Shown in pieces: positions 29,069 through 39,548 of a stretch of DNA of 64,000 nucleotides. Every line of letters begins with the position of its first letter. Position 1 is the first letter of the stretch. The DNA lies in contig CAVTTN010000002.1 of NCBI GenBank assembly GCA_963737655.1, forward strand, positions 160,001-224,000. Reading direction: 5' to 3'. The position numbers and the translations under genes were made by a program. The DNA is from an uncultured Planctomycetota bacterium. GTDB lineage: Bacteria > Planctomycetota > Planctomycetia > Isosphaerales > Isosphaeraceae. The notes beneath the pieces were generated by a model. That model was given only the letters and a program-made list of their open reading frames with translations, was not told the origin of the DNA and searched no databases.

Positions 29069-29944
29069 ATGGAGATCGAGACGACCACCATCCGATCCAT
29101 CCTGACGCGTTCGTCGGGCTATCTTCGGACGGTCTGCTCCCACTCCCTCCAGCCTTACCGCGGATGTCCCCTTGGCGCCTCGCTTTGCGGGGTGGGCTGC
29201 TACGTCCGCCACAACGTCCATGTGACCCGGGGCAAGCCCTGGGGTTCGTTCCTGGAAGTCCGCGAGAACGCGTCGTCCGCATACCGGTCCGCCTATGAAA
29301 CGGAACGGTCGTGGGCCTTGCGCTCCCGGGGGCGGTTCGAGATCTTCCTGTCCAGCGCCACCGAGCCGTTTCCGCCCCAGGAAAAGCGATTCGGGGCCAC
29401 TCGCCGGGTCCTGGAAGCGATGATCGACCTGCCTCCCGGCGGCCTGATCGTCCAGACCCATTCGCCGGAAGTCCTGGACGCCCAGGATCTCCTGGTCGCC
29501 CTGGCCCGCAAGACGGCGGTGAGGGTCCACGTCTCGATCGAGACCGATCGCGACCGGATTCCCGGCCTGCCGGCGCCGGCGAGTCCGGTGAGCCGGCGGT
29601 TCGAGGCGGCCCGGACGTTGCGAGACGCCGGGCTCCGCGTGGTGATCACCGTCTCGCCCCTCTTGCCGATCGCCGACCCGGACCGCTTCTTCGCCCGGGT
29701 CGCCGCATCGGCCGATGCCGTGGTCCTCGACCACTTCATCGGGGGCGACGGCTCGGCCGACGGCGGCCGGACCCGCCGCACTCTGCTTCCCGAGGCGATG
29801 GCGGCGCTCGACCCCTCGTCGGTCGAGATCGAATTCATGCACCGGATGGGCGAGGTCGCCGAGAGGCACCTGCCCGGACGGGTCGGCTACCACATCGACG
29901 GCTTCGCCGGCCGGTTCGGTCCGGCGACCGAGCCACCGGCGTGA
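29069..29944 (+). CDS. SPL-like radical SAM protein
   Basis: RSILT..SLQPYRGC..C..CY, SSATEPF..E, VSIET, VSPLLP. Confidence 0.8.
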   Translation: MEIETTTIRSILTRSSGYLRTVCSHSLQPYRGCPLGASLCGVGCYVRHNVHVTRGKPWGSFLEVRENASSAYRSAYETERSWALRSRGRFEIFLSSATEPFPPQEKRFGATRRVLEAMIDLPPGGLIVQTHSPEVLDAQDLLVALARKTAVRVHVSIETDRDRIPGLPAPASPVSRRFEAARTLRDAGLRVVITVSPLLPIADPDRFFARVAASADAVVLDHFIGGDGSADGGRTRRTLLPEAMAALDPSSVEIEFMHRMGEVAERHLPGRVGYHIDGFAGRFGPATEPPA

Positions 29945-30339
29945 AGGAAAATCGCGACGCCGCGGCCTCCAGCCCCTTTGGAATGCAAATTCCTCTCGGA
30001 GAATCGGTTGCGGCGATTTTGCCTTTGGAGTTGAAGTCCGGGACCGGACAAAAACGTCCGGAATCGTGAAATTCACCGAATAGTTGCGAACCTCCGGCGC
30101 AATAATGTTGTCCATCGAAGCGAGCGAGGGCCGCCCCGGCGGTCCTGTCGCCGTCGATGCCCCGGGCGTGTGGCCCCGGGCCGGAACTGGGAGGAGTCGG
30201 TTTCGCGAGAAAACCTCCTGGGCCGGGCCCCCTCCGACGTGAGGAGGTCCGACCGCCCTTCGGCGGGTCGTCCGCCGAGCCACAGTTGTCTCTCTTCTCC
30301 ATCCCGCCCCTTGATCGTGGCGGACGCGAGGGTTGGACC

Positions 30340-30801
30340 ATGTTGAACCGCACGAATCTGTCGCTGACGGCCTCTTCGAACGGGCTGAACCTCGGCACGC
30401 GGTCGCTCGCCCTGGTGGCGGGCCTCAACATCGGCTCGACCCTGCGCACCGTCCACGCCTATCCCGAGCGTCGCGGAGATACCCCGCGCGAGGGGAAGGA
30501 TACCAAAGCGATGGGAGGGCCCTCGATGATTATGCGAGGGTCTTCCCCGATCGCCGGGTCCTTTCCCGGCTCACCGCAAGGCTCGTCCCGGTCCGAACCG
30601 GGCGGTCCGAGCGAGGCGAGGTTCGTGTTCTTCGAGGTTGAGCCGGTCGCCGTCGGGAACCTGGTCGTCGGCAACGACCAACCCGATCCGGGCCGGAGGC
30701 ATCAGCCCGCCAGTCAAGCCCGACAGTGTGTCGGGAGCTGGCCGAGGAGCCGAGCTACGTCGATCCCCGTCCCGGCGAGATCTGCCGCGGCCGGGGGGTG
30801 A
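30340..30801 (+). CDS. Possible hypothetical protein
   Basis: ATG after GAGGG; the first ~45 codons have GC-rich third positions. No motifs. Confidence 0.3.
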   Translation: MLNRTNLSLTASSNGLNLGTRSLALVAGLNIGSTLRTVHAYPERRGDTPREGKDTKAMGGPSMIMRGSSPIAGSFPGSPQGSSRSEPGGPSEARFVFFEVEPVAVGNLVVGNDQPDPGRRHQPASQARQCVGSWPRSRATSIPVPARSAAAGG

Positions 30802-31197
30802 GCGCCGAACCCCTGACCACACTCCGTTCTGAGCCACGCCGGGAGAGGCCCGGGGGAAGTCTGCTTTCCCCCGACCGGACGATCCCGGCCGAGTTCCGAC
30901 CTGATGGGCAGGAGTCCGGCTTCGCGTGGACCGCGATGGCCGCTGACTGATGCCGTCGCACCGCGCACCCGCCGTCACCGTCGGCCGCCCCGAGAGGCGT
31001 CCGAGGATCGGTCGGTTGGTCGGTCCGAGTCTGGCCCCTCGCCGGAGATCCGGCGTGGGAGCCCCCGGACCGGGTCCATCCACCCCCGCTCCTCGATCCC
31101 TCCGCCCGCGGCCGGTCCCGTGATCCGCGAGTGCCCGGTCGAGACCCCTTCCCAGGGGCCCGACCGCGGCCGGCCCCCGAGGATGGGGAGACTGACC

Positions 31198-31854
31198 GTG
31201 ACCGCGACCCTTTGCCAGACGCCCCCGAAGACCCCGACCCGCTGGACCGCCATCGCCGAGCTCGTCGAGCGCGCCCAGGGCGGGGACCGCCAGGCATTCG
31301 GCCTCCTGGCCGAGCAGTTCGAGCGCACGGTCTACGCCGTGGCCCTGGCCCGCCTGGGCAATCCGAGCGAGGCGGCCGAGCTGACCCAGGAGGTCTTCCT
31401 CCACGTCATGCAGCGGCTCGACCAGCTCCGCGAGCCCGAACGGTTCGCCGGCTGGCTCCGCCAGGTCGCCGCGAGGATGGCCATCAACCGGGCCACCCGC
31501 CGCGTCCCGCCGTCCAGCGTGGAGAGCGAGATCCTCGAAGGGGCCGTCGCCGACGATCGGAGAGGGGCTCCCCTCGACAACCTGATCGCCCGGGAACGGG
31601 CCGAGAAGCTCTGGGACGGCCTGAACCGGCTCAAGGCGCTGGACCGCGAGACCCTCGTCTCGTTCTACATCCAGGGCCGCAGCCTGATCGAGATGTCTGA
31701 GAGCCTGGAAGCCCCGATCGGCACGATCAAGAGGCGGCTCCACACCGCCCGGAAGCGCCTGAGGGCCGAACTCCAGGCCGGTCGGGCCGACGCGGAGGAG
31801 TGGTTCGAAGGGGAAGAAGAGGAGTCCGAAGACTTCCTCGAATTCGCCCGATGA
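31198..31854 (+). CDS. ECF sigma factor
   Basis: LVERAQGGDRQAFG, AAELTQEVF, FAGWL, GTIKRRLHTARKRL. Start is GTG 31198 or ATG 31183. Confidence 0.92.
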   Translation: MTATLCQTPPKTPTRWTAIAELVERAQGGDRQAFGLLAEQFERTVYAVALARLGNPSEAAELTQEVFLHVMQRLDQLREPERFAGWLRQVAARMAINRATRRVPPSSVESEILEGAVADDRRGAPLDNLIARERAEKLWDGLNRLKALDRETLVSFYIQGRSLIEMSESLEAPIGTIKRRLHTARKRLRAELQAGRADAEEWFEGEEEESEDFLEFAR

Positions 31855-31955
31855 CCGGCGGAGCGGCCGGGACCGAACCGAGGCGGACGCCCGGCCCGAG
31901 CCGGCGTCCGCCTCGGCGGATTCCGGGCGATCCGCCGACCTCGGAAGGCTTGACG

Positions 31956-32315
31956 TCAAACCGGGAGCCTCCAGGCCAGTTCCAGGAGGAGTTGCCGGGC
32001 CGCCTCGATCATCTCGGGGTCAATCCCTCGCCCGGGATGGCGCTTGCCCAGCGATTCCCAGCCGCGGGCCAGCAACTCGGCGAGCGAGACCGTGGCCTGG
32101 TCGTCAATCGCCACGGTCGGCGAGGGCCCGCCCGAGGGCCGCGAGCCCTCGGCATCCGCCAGGCTCCGATACGCCGCCTCGGCCCGGCGGAACCGGGCCG
32201 AGCGGGTCGGGTCGTCGGCGGCCTCCCGGGCGAGCCCCTCGGCCGCGATCGCCAGGTGCCGGACGGCGTGCGCGAAGTCTCCGAGCGGCAGAGAGATCCG
32301 GGGCAGGCTGGACAT
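31956..32315 (-). CDS. Hypothetical protein
   Basis: ATG with GGGGAG RBS; helical 119-aa product. Confidence 0.55.
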   Translation of the reverse strand: MSSLPRISLPLGDFAHAVRHLAIAAEGLAREAADDPTRSARFRRAEAAYRSLADAEGSRPSGGPSPTVAIDDQATVSLAELLARGWESLGKRHPGRGIDPEMIEAARQLLLELAWRLPV

Positions 32316-32743
32316 GGCGGCGGGTTCTCCCCCTTGACGACCCCCGTCCCGACACACTTCCCGCAGGATCGAGGTGCCGGGAGTCGGTCCTCGCGGCCAT
32401 TTTCCGAATGGAGAGTAACCCGATCTCGGCCGGGGGTCCAGAGCGGCCGACCGGCGGTCGACCGGGCCGTTCCTCTTGCCTCCAGGGGCGGCGATCGGCC
32501 GCAGGCTCGCGGGAATCGGTCCGATATTTGCTCTCTCTGGGCGAATTGCGCTGGAGTCGTTTGCCGTCTCATGAAATGATCTACTGGGCCTGCCGAACTC
32601 GGCAGGCCGTCCCTGGGACTCTGCCGGAACAGAGAACTCGGGAACTTCCCTCGAACGCGTCATCGCGTCCGGGTCCTGGACACGCGAAGGACGGCCCGAC
32701 CCCGGGTCGCCCCGCCTTTCGCGAACCGAGAGAGAGGCCGCTC

Positions 32744-33139
32744 ATGCACCGATCTTCCGTATCCCAGCGCGAACTGGCCCCGGGACGGCGAGGCACGCTG
32801 GCTCCCGAGGCCAATGATGGCGTGATGTCCGATCGCATCCAGCAGATCGTCACGAGGCTTCGCCTGGTGACCGCGCCGAGCCGCCAGATGATCCTCCTGC
32901 TCCTGGCCGAGGGGGAGCAGTCGGTCGGCGAGATCTGCGACGTCCTGAACAATCCGTCGCAACCGGCGGTCAGCCACCAGCTCTCGCTGCTCCGCCACGG
33001 CCGCCTGGTGGAGGGCCAGAGGCGAGGCCGCAAGGTGTTCTATCAACTGACCGATTCGGGTCGAGCCGTGACCGATGCCTTCGCGACCCTCAGCGAGTCG
33101 CGGAACCTGAGCCGTCCGTCCCTTCCGCGTCCCCGATAG
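32744..33139 (+). CDS. ArsR/SmtB family regulator
   Basis: SRQMILLLLAEGEQSVGEI..SQPAVSHQLSLLR..RRGRKVFYQL. Confidence 0.88.
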   Translation: MHRSSVSQRELAPGRRGTLAPEANDGVMSDRIQQIVTRLRLVTAPSRQMILLLLAEGEQSVGEICDVLNNPSQPAVSHQLSLLRHGRLVEGQRRGRKVFYQLTDSGRAVTDAFATLSESRNLSRPSLPRPR

Positions 33140-33159
33140 TCGAGAGTCGAGAGTCGAGG
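33139..33159. repeat. Heptamer tandem repeat (GTCGAGA)x3
   Basis: GTCGAGA GTCGAGA GTCGAGG directly at the ArsR stop codon. Confidence 0.6.
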
Positions 33160-33261
33160 ATCCTCCGCGGGACACAGCATGGCGCGGCGCGCCGATTGCG
33201 TCCTCCCCCTCGCGGATCGGATCGTCTGCCGATCGGCGAACCCCGCCGAGGACTTCCCCTG

Positions 33262-33549
33262 ATGCGACCGCACCGGCTCCTCGCACTTTCCCTGATCCTG
33301 GCCGTGCCCCTGGGCGCGGTCGGCTGCTCGGAATCCACCCCGGGACGGGGCGACAATTCGGGAAGCACCCCGATCAACGCCGGAGGGCGGATCACGGCCT
33401 CCGGGGGCGGCAGCGTGGACAGTCAAGGGACCGGGATCGCCACCCCCGGCACCCCGTCCGACACCCCGGACACCAAGAGCATGGCCACCGGCCGAGGGCC
33501 CACGTCCACCGGCTCCGGCGCGGGGGACAGCGGATCGCCCCCGCGCTGA
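33262..33549 (+). CDS. Small low-complexity lipoprotein
   Basis: MRPHRLLALSLILAVPLGAVGC lipobox followed by a G/S/T-rich tail. Confidence 0.7.
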   Translation: MRPHRLLALSLILAVPLGAVGCSESTPGRGDNSGSTPINAGGRITASGGGSVDSQGTGIATPGTPSDTPDTKSMATGRGPTSTGSGAGDSGSPPR

Positions 33550-33574
33550 CCCTCGGCCCGCGCCGTCGTCCCCA

Positions 33575-35122
33575 TCACGAGCGCCAGTGAGGCGAGGCGG
33601 CCCTCGTCAAGACATCGACCGCGCCAAGGCGGAGCCTCGGCGTGATCCGGGTATGAGGATGACCGATCAGGGCCTGGGTCGAGGCGCGGACCACGAAGCG
33701 GAATCGCCCCTGGGGCAGCGGTCGAGCCGACACGGTCCATTGCCCCGAGCCGTCGGCCTGGCCCGTCCCGACCCGTTCCCATCCCACCGATCCCCGACGG
33801 GCGGCGAACAGGGTGATCGAGGCGTCCGGAGCGGAGGTCCCGGCGAACTCGGGCGACGGAGAATTCGTGGTGCTCTGCCAGCGGGTCGCGATCTCCCCGG
33901 TACCGAGCACGCGATGGCCGGTCAAGATCGTCGGGTCCGCGAAGTTGCCGCCCGAGCCGAGCGTGGGGACGACGTTCTCCTGATACCACAGGTGGACCGT
34001 CGTATGGCTGATCCCCGGGCCGGTCAGGTCGTAATAGGTCGCGTTGCCCCGCACCGGCACCTGGCCCCACAAGTTGTACAGGTTGCTATTGGCCCACGCG
34101 GCCTGGACCGGGGTGTGCTGCCAGAAGACCTGGGCTTCATCCACGTTCGGCGGGATGGAGGGGATCGGGTCGTCGGCCACCCACTGGTAGAAGTTGATCG
34201 TCTTGCGGGCGAGCGAGCCCTCGGTGCCGTTGGCGATGCTGTATTGATATCCGGGCGCGTGGCTGTTGGCGGCGTGGGGGTCGAGCATCGTCATCTCGAT
34301 GAACCCGCTGGCAAGCTGGGGGGCTTCCTTCACCTGGAGGAGCTGGTCGGCCACGCTGTTGACGACCGTGCCCTCGCTGTGGCCGATGAAGTGGATGTCC
34401 ACCGGGTCGCCGGCCGGGAATTCCGAGGCGACCTTGTTGATGATCCTCGCGAGCTTCGGCCCCTGGCGGGCGGCCCGGCCGGGGGTCCGGCTATCGGCGG
34501 CCCAGACGTACTTGATCACCGAATCATAGCCCTGGGCCCGGAGCGAGTTGGCCATCTGCACTTGCCAGGAAGGGCCGGTGGCGTCGTCGTGCTGGTACTG
34601 GAGGCCCCCGTGGGTCACCACGCCGATCACGTGGGTATGGATCGTCCCGGTCCTCGACGCCAGGTCCGGCGCCCCGATGGCCGTGGCCGGGTTCGCCACG
34701 GCGAGGACGTAGGGCTGGTCGGGGACCGGCGGGAGGCCCGCGGGCAGGGGGATGGTCAGCGTGTGATGGCCGACCTGGCTCGCCGGCTGGCCGTTGTCGT
34801 CCAGCTTCGTCGTCCCCACGGACGCCGTGTCCATCGTCACCGACCCGATTTCCGAGTCCGCGGAGTCGTAGGTCGCGTCGGCCGATCGGTACAGCCCGAA
34901 CTCCAGGGAAGGCGGGAGGTTCGTCCCGGTGATGTCGTAATCGATCACCACCTCGTGGGAATCATTGGTGTGGGCCGAATCCACCACGACCGACGGCAGG
35001 GCCGCCGCCGAGAGCACCAACCTCGGCTCCAGCCCCTCGATCGACCGCCCGAGCTCGGGCTTCCGGGACGGACGACGGCCCTCGGCCTCGATCGATCGGA
35101 AACCTCGCTGGAAGAGCCTCAT
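33575..35122 (-). CDS. LEPR-xLL surface protein with alpha/beta-hydrolase-like domain
   Basis: IEGLEPRLVLS motif; VVTHG, DIHFIGHSEG nucleophile elbow, MLDPH; C-terminal Ig-like region. Confidence 0.75.
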   Translation of the reverse strand: MRLFQRGFRSIEAEGRRPSRKPELGRSIEGLEPRLVLSAAALPSVVVDSAHTNDSHEVVIDYDITGTNLPPSLEFGLYRSADATYDSADSEIGSVTMDTASVGTTKLDDNGQPASQVGHHTLTIPLPAGLPPVPDQPYVLAVANPATAIGAPDLASRTGTIHTHVIGVVTHGGLQYQHDDATGPSWQVQMANSLRAQGYDSVIKYVWAADSRTPGRAARQGPKLARIINKVASEFPAGDPVDIHFIGHSEGTVVNSVADQLLQVKEAPQLASGFIEMTMLDPHAANSHAPGYQYSIANGTEGSLARKTINFYQWVADDPIPSIPPNVDEAQVFWQHTPVQAAWANSNLYNLWGQVPVRGNATYYDLTGPGISHTTVHLWYQENVVPTLGSGGNFADPTILTGHRVLGTGEIATRWQSTTNSPSPEFAGTSAPDASITLFAARRGSVGWERVGTGQADGSGQWTVSARPLPQGRFRFVVRASTQALIGHPHTRITPRLRLGAVDVLTRAASPHWRS

Positions 35123-35248
35123 GGACCGACCCCCGGGGGAGAAGAGACGATGCGCCTCTCCCCCAGGATCGGCCGACCCTCCCATCCGGCATGAGCCCGA
35201 ATTCCGGAGAAATCCGAAGAATCCTCAAATCCTACCCAGACCCGCCGA

Positions 35249-36910
35249 TCATCGGACCTTCGCGCGGAACTCGACGGAGCCCTCGGCCCCTGGAGCGATC
35301 GCTCCGGGGAGATCCCAGCGCAATTCCGAGGAGCCCGCCGCGTTCCCCTCGGCGGAGAACACGGTGCCCTGCGGCCCCATCGCCGAGTTCGGCACGTATT
35401 CCAGGCGGGGCAAGAGGCTGTCGATGACCGAGACGTCCCGGATCGGCACGTTGCCCATGTTGCGGTAGCGGATGGTGAAGGTCACGACGTCCCCCGGCTC
35501 GGCCTCTCCGGCGCTGACCTGCTTGACCACGGCCAGGCCCGGCTTGTTCGGCGGGACTTCCACCCCGGCGACCTCCGAGGACGTCCACGACGAGACCTTT
35601 TCGCCCAGGCCCTCGACCACCCCTCGGACGATCGCCCCTTCGGCCGTCTTGATCGCCTGGAGCTTGATCGCGTCGCGGTTCATTTTCATGGCCAGGTTCT
35701 GATTGGCAACTTCCATGTTCTGCACCAGAACGCGCCCGGCCACGTGGGTCGGCACGTCGTAGCCCTGGAGGACGCGCAGCTCGAAATGTTCCCCGGCGGA
35801 GACCCGCCCCTTCATCCCGGACGCCCGGGCGCGGTGCCGGGCCATCTCGGGCGATTGGTTCTGCGTGAACTTCTTCGCCATCTGCCGGGCCTGATGGGTC
35901 ACCTGATGCGCCGCGATCTCGCTGGAGGCGAGGTTCTCGACCAACCTCGTCTCATTGGCCCCGACTCCGGACCTCAGGACGGCGAACCTCGGGGCGTAGA
36001 GGCAAACCATGTTGGTGGGCAGGACCCTCGGGCGTTGGTCGGCGCGGAACCGGATCACGGCGTCCCTCGGGTCGATCCCCCGGAGTCCGCCATCGCCGCC
36101 GAACGCCGCGGGCGAGGCGTGGTCGCCTCCGTCGCAGAGGAATTCGTCGCGAGGCAGCCACGACCGGCCCGGAGGAGGCGGCGTCCCGCGGACCGGCCCG
36201 CAGGGCAGGGGGCACCGGCCCCCCTCGGGCCCCGAGAAGGGGCAGGGGACCGAGCCGATCGACCACTCCGCCTCTCCGGAAAGCTCCTCGAACGTCGGGG
36301 CACGACTGCCGATCCTCACCACCGCCACGACCCGACCCAGCACCTGGGCGACCTTCAGGGGATCTTCGACCGGAGAGAGCGTCACGGCCGGAATCCGGTC
36401 CTTGGGGAGGCTCACGGGCAGGGCCTGGTCGGGCGCCTCGAGGTAGACGGCCTGCGTGACCAGCCGGCCGCGATCGGCGGCGTCCTCGACGTCGTCCTCG
36501 GTGATCGCGATCCGAATCGGGTACTTCGTCGGGTCGATCCCCGGGGGCCGGTGGAGGTGGCCGACCAGCTCCACGACCGGGAAAAGCTCCTTGCCCGGCG
36601 CCGTGGGCAGGTCCGAGAGCTTGAGCCGATACCCCACGCCCAGCTTCAGCCCCACGGCCCCCGTCGGAGGCCCGGCCAGGGGTTCGGTGGCCGGGCCGAG
36701 GACTTCCAGCTTCGCCCCATCGGGCACCGAGAACTTCACGACCTGCACCTCGGGCGGGATGATCGGCACCACCGACGCGGGCGGGACGCTCGGGGCCGGG
36801 GAGGCGGGCGAGGGGTCCGCCGTCTGGGCGGTCGCGGCCATCGGCAAGGCGGCGAGTATCAGGAACAGCGCCGGGCCGATCCGGCCGGGCGATGGGGATC
36901 GCGGGTCCAT
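35249..36910 (-). CDS. Secreted protein with C-terminal DUF11 domain
   Basis: AGGAGG RBS, signal peptide; C-terminal VVKQVSAGEAEPGDVVTFTIRYRNMG..DSLLPRLEYVPNSA. Confidence 0.8.
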   Translation of the reverse strand: MDPRSPSPGRIGPALFLILAALPMAATAQTADPSPASPAPSVPPASVVPIIPPEVQVVKFSVPDGAKLEVLGPATEPLAGPPTGAVGLKLGVGYRLKLSDLPTAPGKELFPVVELVGHLHRPPGIDPTKYPIRIAITEDDVEDAADRGRLVTQAVYLEAPDQALPVSLPKDRIPAVTLSPVEDPLKVAQVLGRVVAVVRIGSRAPTFEELSGEAEWSIGSVPCPFSGPEGGRCPLPCGPVRGTPPPPGRSWLPRDEFLCDGGDHASPAAFGGDGGLRGIDPRDAVIRFRADQRPRVLPTNMVCLYAPRFAVLRSGVGANETRLVENLASSEIAAHQVTHQARQMAKKFTQNQSPEMARHRARASGMKGRVSAGEHFELRVLQGYDVPTHVAGRVLVQNMEVANQNLAMKMNRDAIKLQAIKTAEGAIVRGVVEGLGEKVSSWTSSEVAGVEVPPNKPGLAVVKQVSAGEAEPGDVVTFTIRYRNMGNVPIRDVSVIDSLLPRLEYVPNSAMGPQGTVFSAEGNAAGSSELRWDLPGAIAPGAEGSVEFRAKVR

Positions 36911-37077
36911 CAGTTCCTCCTGGAAGGGCGCACGACGCGCCGGGATCGGCCCGGGCCAGGCCAGGGCCCGCGATCCGGACGAGGAAAAAAGACCGCCCCG
37001 GAAGGCCGCGGCTCGGGAGGCGCGACCCGCCGGGGCGGAGGGCAACTCGGTCAAAGGCCGGGGGGCCTGGGGACGAC

Positions 37078-38223
37078 TCAGAGCCCCGGGTTCGGCGGCG
37101 AGAGCGAGGGGGGCTCGGCCGGCGAGGCCAGCGGCATGTCGCCGGGCTTCGGGGCGTCGGCCGGGGCGGCCGGCTCATCCCCGGGCTTCGGGGCATCGGC
37201 CGGGGCGGCCGGGGCGGCCGGATCGGCACCCGGGACCGGGTCGGCGGCCGGCGGGGGAGCCGCGGCCGGCGGGGGAGCCGGGGTCGGGGCCGGCGGAGGC
37301 GTGACGACTCCGGGGGCCGGAACATTCGGGTCCACCGGGACGGTCGGGGCCACCGAGCTCGGGGCCTGGAGCCTCATCCCGCCAATCGCCGGGTTGCCCG
37401 GCTCGTTCAGATAGCGGGGAGCGGCCGGCACGACCATCGCCGGAGATCCCGTCATCGGCACCGAGGACACCCCGGCCGCCGGCATCTCCAGGTCGATCGC
37501 CCCGAGACGCACGATCATGAGGATCGTCCCGCGACGGTCCGCCTCCAGGATCGGGTCCACGCCCGGGTCCAGGCGGGTCGAGACCAGCGTCTCCACGCCC
37601 GAGACGGCCAGTTCCTGGTACTTCGGATCGGGCAGGTAGACCACCTTCGTCACGAAGTTCCCGGCCGTGACCTGGTCGAAGTCATCCTCGGTGAAGATCG
37701 CCGGAATCGGGTTATGCGTCAGGAACGCGTCGGTCGCCGGGGTGCTCGGCGCGATCTCCAGGGTCGGGTAGAGGACCAAGCCCTCGTGCCCCTTGATGTC
37801 GGTGATCTTCAGCCGGTAGATGTAGCCCTGGGTGAAGTTATAGCGGGCCGGAACGGTCAATTGGGCGGGCAGATAGACCCGCTCCGCCCCGTTGGCCCCC
37901 CCGGCGGCGGTCTGCCAGCCGATCTTCATCCCGGTCGGCTCGACGAAGAAGATCTGGCTGCGGATGTTGGGGAACCGCCGACCGGGCTGGCCCCCGCCTG
38001 GGCCGCCCATCCCCCCGCCGTGGGAACAGGTCGGGCCTCCGGCGCATCCGGCGACCCCAGCGGCGCATCCGGCGCCCGGGGTGATCATCCCGCCCGGGGG
38101 CGCCGGCCCGTCCACGACCGCATCGGGCCCGAGGAGCTTCTTGCCTCCGACGTGGGGCTTGCCGAACAGCCCGCCGGTCGAGGTCGCCGCCGCCAACAGC
38201 AGCACTCCGATCGTATTCATCAT
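37078..38223 (-). CDS. Secreted protein with Pro/Ala-rich tail, paralogous to the N-terminal half of the DUF11 protein
   Basis: AGGAGG RBS, signal peptide, [28 protein letters not shown]...MIVRLG. Confidence 0.8.
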   Translation of the reverse strand: MMNTIGVLLLAAATSTGGLFGKPHVGGKKLLGPDAVVDGPAPPGGMITPGAGCAAGVAGCAGGPTCSHGGGMGGPGGGQPGRRFPNIRSQIFFVEPTGMKIGWQTAAGGANGAERVYLPAQLTVPARYNFTQGYIYRLKITDIKGHEGLVLYPTLEIAPSTPATDAFLTHNPIPAIFTEDDFDQVTAGNFVTKVVYLPDPKYQELAVSGVETLVSTRLDPGVDPILEADRRGTILMIVRLGAIDLEMPAAGVSSVPMTGSPAMVVPAAPRYLNEPGNPAIGGMRLQAPSSVAPTVPVDPNVPAPGVVTPPPAPTPAPPPAAAPPPAADPVPGADPAAPAAPADAPKPGDEPAAPADAPKPGDMPLASPAEPPSLSPPNPGL

Positions 38224-38435
38224 TCCTCCTGAGGACGTCCCCGGAGGCCGGCGTCTCCGGCTCGGGGTTGCCGCCGTGCTCCTGGCTGATCGCGCCGACT
38301 CGGCCTCGACGAGGGGCCAAATCGCCCGCCCGGACCACCCCGACCGGCCCGGCCGGGGTTGCGGTTCGGAGCGTCTGGCGATAGGATCGGGCGATCCCCT
38401 CACCGCTCTTCAGGCAAAATCGGCACGACCCCACC

Positions 38436-39548
38436 ATGCCCAAGAATCGGCTCGTCCCCACGCTCCTCGTGGCGCTGACCGTCCCTCTCTGGGCGATGGC
38501 CCAGGCCCCGTCAGATTCGCCCGGCTCCTCCCCGGGGGCGGCCCGGCCCAAGGAAGAAGTCGCGCCCCCGACGGCCGCCGAGAAGAAGATCGACGAGGCC
38601 ATCAAGAGGGTCCGGGCCGTCCAGTCGGTCTCCGCCGACCTCCGCGTCTCGGCCGACATGCTCGACCAGAAATTCAGCCTCAAGGGCCAGTACCAGAAGG
38701 CCCCGGGCAACCGGGTCTACCTGCTGCTGACCGTCGTCGGCCTGGCCGACGCCAAGGGGACCGTGCTCCAGGTCTGCGACGGCAAGACCATCTGGGACTT
38801 CTCCCAGGTCATCGATACCCAGACCTGCAACCGACTGACCCTCAAGCCGATCCTCGACGCCCTGAACAAGCCGGAATGCGACGCCGAGTTCCGCGAGAAC
38901 ATCCTCTCGGGCCTGGGGTTCGCCGGACCGGAGGCCCTCCTGACCGGCCTCCGCAAGTCGTTCCTCTTCGACCAGATGCGCGAGGGGGACCTCGACGGCA
39001 AGCCCGTCCTGATCCTCAATGGGACGTGGAAGGACACGACCTTGCCGATCGGTCCCAACGGGATGGTGTTCTCCAATTTCGCCCCGTTGCCGCCCTACGT
39101 GCCGGGCCTCGTCTCGCTGACCCTGGGCAAGGACGACGACTGGCCCTATCAAATCGCCTTCGAGGGCCGGATGCCCACCCAGCTGGAAACCAGGAAGAGC
39201 GAGGAACGCGAGCTCGGGCCCGACGGCCGCCCGAAGGGCCGGAAGCTCAGCGGGCAGGCCGGCAAGCCCACCAAGATCAGCCTGACGTATTCCAACGTGA
39301 AGCTCAATCCCGAGATCCCCGACAAGACCTTCGCCTTCACCCCTCCGGCGGGGATCAAGGTCCAGGACGGCACCGACATGATCGCCGGCCAGCTCGACCA
39401 GAAGATCGCCGAGATCGCCGCCCGGAAGAAGACCGAGGCCGCCAAGGGAACCCCGGTCCTCGACGGCTCGCTGACCGCCCCCGCGCCCACCTCCCGGTCG
39501 ATCCCCGGCTCCGATCTCCTCAAGCCGCCGGCCGAAGCGCCCCGGTAA
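38436..39548 (+). CDS. Periplasmic LolA-like fold protein
   Basis: Signal peptide; SVSADL..GQYQKAPGNRVYL..LQVCDGKTIW..YSNVKLNPEIPDKTFAFTPP. Confidence 0.7.
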   Translation: MPKNRLVPTLLVALTVPLWAMAQAPSDSPGSSPGAARPKEEVAPPTAAEKKIDEAIKRVRAVQSVSADLRVSADMLDQKFSLKGQYQKAPGNRVYLLLTVVGLADAKGTVLQVCDGKTIWDFSQVIDTQTCNRLTLKPILDALNKPECDAEFRENILSGLGFAGPEALLTGLRKSFLFDQMREGDLDGKPVLILNGTWKDTTLPIGPNGMVFSNFAPLPPYVPGLVSLTLGKDDDWPYQIAFEGRMPTQLETRKSEERELGPDGRPKGRKLSGQAGKPTKISLTYSNVKLNPEIPDKTFAFTPPAGIKVQDGTDMIAGQLDQKIAEIAARKKTEAAKGTPVLDGSLTAPAPTSRSIPGSDLLKPPAEAPR

